From NCBI GenBank assembly GCA_035762105.1, contig DASTPU010000228.1:6806-70805 (forward strand): a stretch of 64,000 nt of DNA, given 5' to 3'. Both the position numbers and the translations under genes were made by a program. Positions 53,927 to 61,897 of the stretch are shown piece after piece. The notes under the pieces are model-generated. The model did not search any database. It was not told the origin of the DNA and saw only the letters and a program-made list of their open reading frames with translations. The stretch is from Nocardioidaceae bacterium (GTDB lineage: Bacteria > Actinomycetota > Actinomycetes > Propionibacteriales > Nocardioidaceae). The stretch's first letter is position 1. Every line of letters begins with the position of its first letter.

Positions 53927-55435
53927 ATGACGACAGACATGGATGTCCGGCGCGAGGCTCTCGAGCCCGAGGAGCCGTCACCACGGGTTGCCCTCGACCT
54001 CGTCGAGACACTGTGCAAGACCTTGGCGGCCGAGGGTGTCGTGTACTGCCACTGGAAGAGCAACGAGGCGCTCGACCGCTCCCTGAGCGGTGACAACGAC
54101 CTCGACCTGCTGGTCGCGCGGTCCGACCAGGGGCGGTTCCTGGAGGTCCTGGCCCGTCTCGGGTTCAAGGCTGCAGCGCTTCCGCCGGCCCGCGAGGTGC
54201 CCGCCGTCGTCCACTACTACGGCCTCGACGAGCCGTCGGGCCGCCTGGTCCACGTGCACGCCCACTTCCGTCTCGTGCTCGGCGACGACACGACCAAGAA
54301 CTTCTGGTTGCCCGTCGAACGCGCCTATCTCGCCTCGAGCTCCATGGACGGGATCTTCCCGGTGCCGGCGCCGGAGTTCGAGCTGGCCGTGCTGGTGCTG
54401 CGGCTCGTGTTGAAGCACTCGACCTGGGACGCGATGTTGCAGGCCCGCGGCGCTCTCGCCGCGAGCGAGCGGCGTGAGCTGGACTGGCTCCAGCAACGGA
54501 CCGACTGGTCGCGGGTGGACGCCGTGGTCGCGGAGCACCTGCCGTTCCTCGTCGATGTCTGGCCGGAGTGCCGCAGGGCCCTCGAGAATGGTTGCTCCCT
54601 CGCGGCGCGCGTCCGTGCCGCCCACCACCTGGCGGGTGCCCTGGCGGCCTGCGCCCGCCGACCGCGTTGGGAGGACACGAGGCTGCGGCTGACCCGACGT
54701 GTGCTCTGGGGCGCCAAGCGCTACGCCCTGCAGCGCCCGGTTCGCAAGACCCTGGTGACCGGCGGCGCCGTGGTCGCGATCGTGGGCGGCGACGGCGCAG
54801 GGAAGTCGACCGCTGTCGAAGGCGTCGCCGACTGGCTGTCACGGGCGTTCGTCGTGAGGCGGATACATCTGGGCCGCCCCCGGAAGTCCATGACCACCGT
54901 GGCGTTCAAGGGTGCTCTGCGCGCGGGCCGCCGGCTGGGGATGTTCCCCGAGCTCGCCGAGCCCACCGCACCCCCGAGCGACCTCGACAAGGCACCGTCG
55001 AGCGCCTGGCTGGCATGGCACGTGCTCACCGCCCGCGACCGTCATCGTCTCTACAAGCGCGCCCGCCGGGTTGCCGCGAACGGGGGCATCGTCGTGTGCG
55101 ACCGGTACCCGCTGCCCCAGCTTCGGACCATGGACGGACCCCGCACGGCGTGGGCCCGCGGCCTCCCGGGGCTCAGCAGGCTCGGCGCGGCGCTCGTGGA
55201 GACGGAGACCCGCTACTACTCGGCGTTCAGCCGGCCCGATGTGCTGGCCGTGCTCCGGGTCGACCCCGAAGTGGCCGTGCTGCGGAAGACGGACGAGGAG
55301 GAGCACTACGTGCGTCGGCGCTCGACGGAGGTCTGGCACGCGTCCTGGGACGACTCCACCGTATGCATCGACGCGGGGCGAACCGCCGCTGAGGTCCTGG
55401 CCTCCCTACGGACGACGGTGTGGGAACGGCTGTGA
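53927..55435 (+). CDS. Nucleotidyltransferase-like plus thymidylate-kinase-like fusion protein
   Basis: N-terminal YCHWKSN...GDNDLDLLV; C-terminal GGDGAGKST, VVCDRY, PDVLAVLRVDPEVA. Confidence 0.72.
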   Translation: MTTDMDVRREALEPEEPSPRVALDLVETLCKTLAAEGVVYCHWKSNEALDRSLSGDNDLDLLVARSDQGRFLEVLARLGFKAAALPPAREVPAVVHYYGLDEPSGRLVHVHAHFRLVLGDDTTKNFWLPVERAYLASSSMDGIFPVPAPEFELAVLVLRLVLKHSTWDAMLQARGALAASERRELDWLQQRTDWSRVDAVVAEHLPFLVDVWPECRRALENGCSLAARVRAAHHLAGALAACARRPRWEDTRLRLTRRVLWGAKRYALQRPVRKTLVTGGAVVAIVGGDGAGKSTAVEGVADWLSRAFVVRRIHLGRPRKSMTTVAFKGALRAGRRLGMFPELAEPTAPPSDLDKAPSSAWLAWHVLTARDRHRLYKRARRVAANGGIVVCDRYPLPQLRTMDGPRTAWARGLPGLSRLGAALVETETRYYSAFSRPDVLAVLRVDPEVAVLRKTDEEEHYVRRRSTEVWHASWDDSTVCIDAGRTAAEVLASLRTTVWERL

Positions 55436-56094
55436 CCGGCCACCTCGTCGAGATCGCCGGACCGGCGGGGGCCGGCAAGACGACACTGGTCGCGAACCTG
55501 CTCGCCCAGGATCCGGGGACCTGCCTGGGGCTGCACAGCGACCGTCTGGGACTCGGCATCGCCCTGCTGTCGACCACGCCCGCGCTCGCGGCCGCAAGAT
55601 TGTCGAGCGGCGGACGGTGGTGGACCCGAGCAGAGATCCGAAGCCTCACCTACCTTCGCGCCTGGCGCGGAACGGCCATGCGCAACCACCCCGGCGGCCT
55701 CGTGCTGCTCGACCACGGCCCGGTGTTCCGGTTGGCGGCGGTGACGGCCCTCGGCCCACCGATGACGGACACCGCGGCGTTCCGGCGGTGGTGGTCTCGG
55801 ACGGCTGAGGCATGGGCCTCGCTCCTGGATCAGGTGGTCTGGCTCGACGCACCCGACGAGGTGCTGCTGGAGCGCATCAACGGCCGGGTCCGCGATCACC
55901 GCGTGCGCAACGTGGCGGTCGCCGAGGTGAACCGCTTCCTGGCGAGCTATCGCCGCGCATACGGGGGCGCGCTCGAGCTGATGGCTCGCGAGGGGGTGCC
56001 CGTGCTGCACGTCGACACGTCGCGGCACAGCCCGGACGAGCTGACGCAGATCGTGAGCCGCGCCCTGCCCCGACCCGCCGGGAGGTCGGGGTGA
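55432..56094 (+). CDS. P-loop nucleotide-kinase-like protein
   Basis: [35 protein letters not shown]; GTGA overlap. Confidence 0.72.
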   Translation: MTGHLVEIAGPAGAGKTTLVANLLAQDPGTCLGLHSDRLGLGIALLSTTPALAAARLSSGGRWWTRAEIRSLTYLRAWRGTAMRNHPGGLVLLDHGPVFRLAAVTALGPPMTDTAAFRRWWSRTAEAWASLLDQVVWLDAPDEVLLERINGRVRDHRVRNVAVAEVNRFLASYRRAYGGALELMAREGVPVLHVDTSRHSPDELTQIVSRALPRPAGRSG

Positions 56095-57647
56095 GCAGAG
56101 GCCGTCCGGCCACCGACGTCGCGAGCCGCCCTCGCCCGAACTTGACGCGGCGCGCGTCGCTCAACGCGTTGGCGGCGGCCGTCGACTACGCGGCACGCAT
56201 CGCCATCCAGCTCGTCCTGGCGCCGCTCATGCTCAGGTTCCTGGGTGATGCCGGGTACGGGGTCTGGCAGGTGCTGCAGAAGCTCATCGGCCACGCCACA
56301 CCCGCAGGGGGCCGCCCTGGCGAGGCGCTCAAGTGGGTGGTCGCCCAGGAGCAGTCCTCGACCGACCTCGAGTCCAAGCGACGCAGGGTCGGAACGGCGA
56401 TCGTCGTGTGGGCGCTGTTCCTGCCCGTCGTGGGTGCCCTCGGCGGCTTCCTGGCCTGGTTCTCGCCGACTCTCCTGGGGACGCCGGCCGAGGACGAGTG
56501 GGTCGTTCGGGCCACCGCAGCAGTTCTCGTGCTGAACGTCATGGTGCTCGGTCTGGCCGGGCTTCCGCAGGCGGTGCTGCAAGGAGAGAACCTCGCCTAC
56601 CGGAGGCTCGGGCTGTCGACCGCCATCCTCTTCGTCGGGGGGTTGCTCACCGCACTCGCGCTCTGGGCCGGGTGGGGTCTCCTCGGCGTGGCTCTCGCCA
56701 CCGTTGCCACCACCTTGTTGTCCGGCGTGACGTTCCTGAGGATCGTGCGTTCCCAGATCCCCTGGTGGGGCGTGGCACGACCGGCACGCGGCGCGGTCAG
56801 GGGGTTCGTCGGTCTCAGCTGGTGGTTCCTGCTCTGGAACCTCGTCATGCAGGTCGTCAAGGGAAGTGACGTGATCGTGCTCGGCGCCGTCGCCGGCGTC
56901 GCCGTCGTCACCACCTACACCCTGACGAGCTACGTACCGCACGCCATCACCGACACCGTCTTCATGGTGGTCTCGGCGACCATGCCCGGGTTGGGCGGTC
57001 TGATCGGGGCGGGCGAGCTCGACCGCGCCGCACGAGTGCGTGGCGAGACGTTGGTCCTCGCGTGGATCGTCGGGATCGCCTCCACCACGACCGCCCTCGT
57101 GTGGCTGCCGGACTTCCTCGACCTCTGGGTCGGCGCCGAGTACGACGCAGGCACGGTCGCCACCCTCCTGATCTGCCTGATGGTGCTCCAGCTGGCGCTG
57201 CTGCGCGTGGACGCCAACGTCATCGACCTGACCCTCCGGGTCCGGGCCAAGGTGCTCCTCGGCCTGCTCTCCGCCGCGTTGTCGGTCGGCCTGGCGATCC
57301 TCCTGGTCGGCCCCGCGCAGATGGGGATCGCAGGCCTGGTGATCGGGTTCATTGTGGGCCGGATACCTCTGACGGCTGCCTATCCCGTGCTGGTCGGCCG
57401 GATGCTCCACATCCCCTTGCGTTCACAGCTGCGGGCAGCCGGGCGTCCCGTGGTCGCGTCGGCGCTTCTGCTCGCATCGGCGACCTGGGCCCGCGGTCTC
57501 CTCGGTGTCGACGGCTGGTGGTCGCTCGTCCTTCTCGGATCCGTGACGGGCGCCGTGGCACTGCTCCTGGCGTACGGCATGGGCCTCCGGGGGAGCCAGC
57601 GTCGGGCCGTCAGAACCCGCGTCATGAAGGTGGTGAGAAGGTCATGA
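56091..57647 (+). CDS. Wzx-like oligosaccharide flippase
   Basis: PLMLRFLGDAGYGVW, about 12-14 TM segments, FLDLWVGAEY; locus context. Confidence 0.82.
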   Translation: MSRGRPATDVASRPRPNLTRRASLNALAAAVDYAARIAIQLVLAPLMLRFLGDAGYGVWQVLQKLIGHATPAGGRPGEALKWVVAQEQSSTDLESKRRRVGTAIVVWALFLPVVGALGGFLAWFSPTLLGTPAEDEWVVRATAAVLVLNVMVLGLAGLPQAVLQGENLAYRRLGLSTAILFVGGLLTALALWAGWGLLGVALATVATTLLSGVTFLRIVRSQIPWWGVARPARGAVRGFVGLSWWFLLWNLVMQVVKGSDVIVLGAVAGVAVVTTYTLTSYVPHAITDTVFMVVSATMPGLGGLIGAGELDRAARVRGETLVLAWIVGIASTTTALVWLPDFLDLWVGAEYDAGTVATLLICLMVLQLALLRVDANVIDLTLRVRAKVLLGLLSAALSVGLAILLVGPAQMGIAGLVIGFIVGRIPLTAAYPVLVGRMLHIPLRSQLRAAGRPVVASALLLASATWARGLLGVDGWWSLVLLGSVTGAVALLLAYGMGLRGSQRRAVRTRVMKVVRRS

Positions 57648-58798
57648 CCCGGCTCGCCGACCAGGACGCCGAGCGCGGGTCGTCGCGCCGGGTGAACGGC
57701 ACGATCGCCCTGGTCATCGCGTCGATGGGTCGCGGGGGCGCCGAGCGCGCCCTGGCGAAGCTGGCCACCGGGCTGGCGGAGAGGGGCGAGCAGGTGGACC
57801 TGGTCCTGGCTCGGGCCGGAGGTCCGTTCCTGGCCGAGCTGCATCCCGCCGTTCGCGTCGTGCATCTGGACGCGCCGCGGCTGGTGGCGGCTCTGCTCCC
57901 CCTGGTTCGTTACCTGCGCCGGAACCGTCCGGCCGTCGTGTTCTCCGCCCTCGACTACGTCAACGTGGTGACTGTCATCGCAAGAGCGCTGTCCGGGGTT
58001 CGTGTGCCTCTCGTCGTCAGCGAGCGCAACACGCTGTCGTCGGCCGTGGCGAACACGAAGCGACGGAGCACTCGCTGGATGCCCCGTCTCATCCGGTTGA
58101 CCTACCCCCACGCGGACGCAGTCGTCGCCGTGTCGGAGGGGGTGGCAACCGACCTCGTGGACCTGTGCGGTCTGCGACCCGACTCCGTCCACGTGCTGAA
58201 CAACCCGGTCGTCACGCCCGAGGTGGTGCGCATGCGGGCGGAGCCGGTCGAGCACCCCTGGCTCCGCGACAAGACCACACCGACGGTCGTGGCCGTGGGC
58301 CGGTTCGTCCCTCAGAAGGACTTCGCGACCCTTCTCGAGGCCTTCGCGGCAGCTCGTCGGTCCCGACCTGCCCGGCTCGTGATTCTCGGTGAGGGAGTAC
58401 TGCGTCCGGACCTGGAGCAGCTCGCAGCTCGTCTCGGTGTCGCCGACGACGTGTCGATGCCCGGTTTCTCCGCCAATCCCTACCCTGCCATGGCAGCGGC
58501 CGACGTGTTCGTCCTCTCGTCCCTGTGGGAGGGCTCTCCCGGGGTGCTGATCGAAGCCATGTCCTGCGGCACACCGGTGATCGCCACGGACTGCCCGAGT
58601 GGTCCACGACAGATCCTCGACGGCGGCCGCTACGGACGGCTGGTCCGTCCCGGTGACCCCGCGGGATTGGCCGACGCGCTGGTCGACGCGCTCGACGGAC
58701 GCATCGCCGCGCCGCCGCGGGAGAGCTGGCAGCCCTACGAGCAGGACTCCTCCGTCGAGGCGTACCTCGACCTGCTGTCGCGGGCAGGCACCAGATGA
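57644..58798 (+). CDS. GT4 family glycosyltransferase
   Basis: GGAER, SERN, GRFVPQKDF, EGSPGVLIEAM, TDCPSGP. Confidence 0.9.
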   Translation: MTRLADQDAERGSSRRVNGTIALVIASMGRGGAERALAKLATGLAERGEQVDLVLARAGGPFLAELHPAVRVVHLDAPRLVAALLPLVRYLRRNRPAVVFSALDYVNVVTVIARALSGVRVPLVVSERNTLSSAVANTKRRSTRWMPRLIRLTYPHADAVVAVSEGVATDLVDLCGLRPDSVHVLNNPVVTPEVVRMRAEPVEHPWLRDKTTPTVVAVGRFVPQKDFATLLEAFAAARRSRPARLVILGEGVLRPDLEQLAARLGVADDVSMPGFSANPYPAMAAADVFVLSSLWEGSPGVLIEAMSCGTPVIATDCPSGPRQILDGGRYGRLVRPGDPAGLADALVDALDGRIAAPPRESWQPYEQDSSVEAYLDLLSRAGTR

Positions 58799-60000
58799 GA
58801 GCGCTCACGTACCGCCTGCTGCTGGTCATGGTGTTCACGCTGCCCTGGGAGGGGGTCCTCGACCTTCCCGGCGCCAGCAGCCTCAGCAAGCTCGTCGGCC
58901 TGCTCGTCGCCGCCGCCTGGGTGATCGCCGTCGTGGTGTCCGGCCGTCTCCGAGAGCCTCACCTGGTCCACGTCCTCGGCCTTCTCTTCGTGCTCTGGAA
59001 CGCTTGCTCGCTGATCTGGACCACGGACGGCCCAGCGACCCAGGAACGTGTGCTGACCTATGTCCAGCTGCTCGGACTGACACTCGTGATCTGGGACACC
59101 GTCACGACGCTCGGCGCCCTCACCAAAGCCCTGCTCGCCTACCTGGCCGGCTGCTACGTCACGGCGGTCGCGCTGTTGGTGAGCTACGCCTCCATGGATC
59201 CGACGGCCGGCGCCGGCGACCGGGTGACGGTCGGGACCTTCCATCCCAACGACGTCGCGATGATCGTGGCCCTCGGCGTACCCGTGGCTGCCTATCTCGT
59301 CGTGACACCCGGGTCGGGTCGCTGGCGCTTCCTCCTCGTCTCGTTCGGCGTCCTCTACCTTCCGCTCGCGGGCTTCGCGGTGCTCGTCACCGGTTCGCGC
59401 ACCGGCATCGCGGCGCTCCTTCCCGGGATCGTCTTCCTCGGCTACCGCCTGGCCCGTCGTCGGCCTGCGCTCGCAGTGGCCGCGCTCGGCGCGCTGGCCG
59501 GCCTTGCGGTCGCGGCCTTCCCGTTCGCGCCGGACCATGTGAGGACGAGGCTTGGCGAGACCGAGGCGGCCATCCAGTCCGGAGACCTGAACGAACGGGG
59601 CGCCGTGTGGGCGGAGGCCATCCGTCTCATCGTCGACCACCCACTCCACGGGGTCGGCGCCGGCGCGTTCCGCGGGGCGGCCGTCGGGGTCAACAAGGTC
59701 GGGCACAACTTCGCCCTGTCGCTCCTGGCAGAGGTAGGGGTGATCGGCTTCGCCCTGTTCATCGGCATCCTCATCGCCGCTTTCGCGTGCCTGCCCAGGA
59801 TGACGCCACAGCTCCGGGGAATGTGGCTCGCCCTCTTCAGCGCGTGGATGCTGGCCGCTCTCCTGCACAACTGGGAGTACCGCAAACAGACCTGGTTCTT
59901 CATCGGGCTCATGGTCGCCAGCGGCTTCCTCGCCGAGGTGCGGCGCCACGACGACGAACGCGACCACGACGGCGCCTCGTTCCTAGGGGCCCCTCGGTGA
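58795..60000 (+). CDS. O-antigen ligase / Wzy polymerase family protein
   Basis: HPND, TGSRTG, R...W...HPLHGVGAG, HNFALSLLAEVG; many TM segments. Confidence 0.86.
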   Translation: MRALTYRLLLVMVFTLPWEGVLDLPGASSLSKLVGLLVAAAWVIAVVVSGRLREPHLVHVLGLLFVLWNACSLIWTTDGPATQERVLTYVQLLGLTLVIWDTVTTLGALTKALLAYLAGCYVTAVALLVSYASMDPTAGAGDRVTVGTFHPNDVAMIVALGVPVAAYLVVTPGSGRWRFLLVSFGVLYLPLAGFAVLVTGSRTGIAALLPGIVFLGYRLARRRPALAVAALGALAGLAVAAFPFAPDHVRTRLGETEAAIQSGDLNERGAVWAEAIRLIVDHPLHGVGAGAFRGAAVGVNKVGHNFALSLLAEVGVIGFALFIGILIAAFACLPRMTPQLRGMWLALFSAWMLAALLHNWEYRKQTWFFIGLMVASGFLAEVRRHDDERDHDGASFLGAPR

Positions 60001-60755
60001 GCGGGACAGAGACCCGCGCCCTGGTCGTCGAGCTGTGCGGCCTGCCCGGAGCAGGAAAGACGACGGTCGCCGGCCAGCTGGCCACCGGGCTGGCGGACCG
60101 AGGTGTCACGGCGCAGGTGGTCGACCGGGGCGTCTCCGCCGACAGGCCACGCGTTGCCCGGCTCAGCCGCAAGGCGACGGCACTGGCGCGGGCCGTGGCC
60201 GCCGACCCTCGAGGCGCGCTTGCGGCCGCGCGCCTCCTGGGCTCCGACCAGCCGAGCGGTCGTGACGCGGTCGCCCTGCCGGTGCAGTGGTGGGTGGCCA
60301 GGGACGTGCTCGCCCGGAGCCGGCGCCTCACCGGAGTGGCGATCGCGGAAGAGGGCCTGGTCCAGGCGCTGTGGTCCGCATGGCTCCTGAAGCTCGGGGG
60401 GCCGGCCGACGAGCTGGTACGTGTCGCCGAGGCGGCCCTCACTGCGGATCTCGTGGTCCATCTCGACGTACCACCTCACGTCGCACTCGGCAGACTTCAG
60501 AGCCGGCAGTCCCGGCACAGCCGCGTGCAGAGGATGGAGAGTGAGGAGCAGGTGGCCGTGCTCGAAGCAGGGAACGCACTGCTGCACCGGTTGCTCGACC
60601 AGTGGCGTTCCAACAACCTCGGTCAGGTGCTCGTCGTCGATGGCCAGAAGCCGGATGTCGGGCGCCGGCTCGCCGACCTGATCGCCGCGCCGGGTCGTCT
60701 CCGCGGCACCCGGCTCCTCGGCGAGCAAGCCTCCGTCCGCCCACCGTCGCTGTGA
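59997..60755 (+). CDS. P-loop nucleotide-kinase-like protein
   Basis: VELCGLPGAGKTT, AEEGLVQALW, DLVVHLDVP...RLQSR...SR; GTGA overlap. Confidence 0.72.
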   Translation: MSGTETRALVVELCGLPGAGKTTVAGQLATGLADRGVTAQVVDRGVSADRPRVARLSRKATALARAVAADPRGALAAARLLGSDQPSGRDAVALPVQWWVARDVLARSRRLTGVAIAEEGLVQALWSAWLLKLGGPADELVRVAEAALTADLVVHLDVPPHVALGRLQSRQSRHSRVQRMESEEQVAVLEAGNALLHRLLDQWRSNNLGQVLVVDGQKPDVGRRLADLIAAPGRLRGTRLLGEQASVRPPSL

Positions 60756-61843
60756 CCCCGTCGGTGCGTTCACGACGGCCGGAGAGCCCCGACAGCCGAC
60801 GGCGTCTCGCCGTCGGGACGGTCGTGTTGCTGGCGACAACGCTTGCCGCCGTCGCCACGTCCGCGGTCCTTCGCTGGTCCGCGAACGGGGGCCAGCCGGC
60901 GTCCGATCCGGCAGCCTTCGCGATCCCGACGTGCCCGCCCACGACCTTGACCCTCACCGGCCCGCAGAGTGAGGCGCTGGAGCGTGACAACGACCGCGGC
61001 ACCTGGGACCTCTCCGGGGCCGTCTGGGTCGGCGAGACCTACCCGATCCGGTCCGAACGCTGGACCCGAGGATGCGTGAGGGGTGGCGAGGTGGACGGCG
61101 GAATACCTCGGGCCTTGACGCGGGACGAGTGGTACGACGGGGACTCCGGCGCAGCCGACGGTGAGGGGTTCACGATCACCGTCGGCGGCGCGAGATCCCC
61201 GTGGCTGTACGTCGAAGGCCTCTACGTCCACGACACGGAGGACGCCTACGACCCCAACGCCACCTCATCTGAGGCCTCCACGTATCTCGAACGGGTACAC
61301 GCCGAGTACATCCGCGACGACTGCATCGAGAACGAGCAGGGCGTTCACTCCGTCTACGTGAACGACTCCTTCTTCGACGGTTGCTTCACCGCCTTCGCCG
61401 AGCGGCCACCCGGATCCGAGAGCACCAGCGAGGGCACCGCGGACGTGAGCTTCGTGGTCGAGAACTCGCTCGTCCATGTGCAGCCCCAGCCCCTGGGCGA
61501 CAACTACTGCGACGAGGACAGCATCGACCGCGGGCGCTGCGTCGAGGACGGCTCGGGATGGCTCGGCTCGTACGGGATCTGGAAGTGGTCGGACCAGGCC
61601 GCCGCACACGTGGAGATACGCAACAGCATCTTCCGCCTCGACCTGCCCTCCTACTCGTCGTGCCTCGCACAGGAGTGGCCTCCGGGGGTCTTCCGGAACG
61701 TGACCGTGGTCTGGACGGGACCGGGTGACTACGCGACGGCGGGCGGATGCAGGAACAAGCTGCCCCGCGGCGTGAGGCTGACAACCGATCTGAGCATCTG
61801 GAACGCGGCAGTTGCCGCCTGGTCCGCCCGGAACGCGGACTGA
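60752..61843 (+). CDS. Membrane-anchored/secreted hypothetical protein, possible beta-helix polysaccharide-modifying enzyme
   Basis: N-terminal TM; IRDDCIEN, DSFFDGCF, VENSLV, IRNSIF repeats; last gene of the operon. Confidence 0.55.
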   Translation: MTPSVRSRRPESPDSRRRLAVGTVVLLATTLAAVATSAVLRWSANGGQPASDPAAFAIPTCPPTTLTLTGPQSEALERDNDRGTWDLSGAVWVGETYPIRSERWTRGCVRGGEVDGGIPRALTRDEWYDGDSGAADGEGFTITVGGARSPWLYVEGLYVHDTEDAYDPNATSSEASTYLERVHAEYIRDDCIENEQGVHSVYVNDSFFDGCFTAFAERPPGSESTSEGTADVSFVVENSLVHVQPQPLGDNYCDEDSIDRGRCVEDGSGWLGSYGIWKWSDQAAAHVEIRNSIFRLDLPSYSSCLAQEWPPGVFRNVTVVWTGPGDYATAGGCRNKLPRGVRLTTDLSIWNAAVAAWSARNAD

Positions 61844-61896
61844 GCCCTCTCCCCGGCCGGGCTGGGGGGTCACCCTGAGCCGGGGAGAGGGTGCTC
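61842..61896. terminator. Bidirectional terminator-like hairpin between convergent genes
   Basis: CCCTCTCCCCGGC (61845-57) / GCCGGGGAGAGGG (61879-91). Confidence 0.7.
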
Positions 61897-61897
61897 G

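Noticed and set aside
53927-56094. Lasso-peptide cluster suggested by kinase plus nucleotidyltransferase
   Set aside because: No cyclase, leader peptidase, RRE or precursor is present in the window; the context is a glycan locus.
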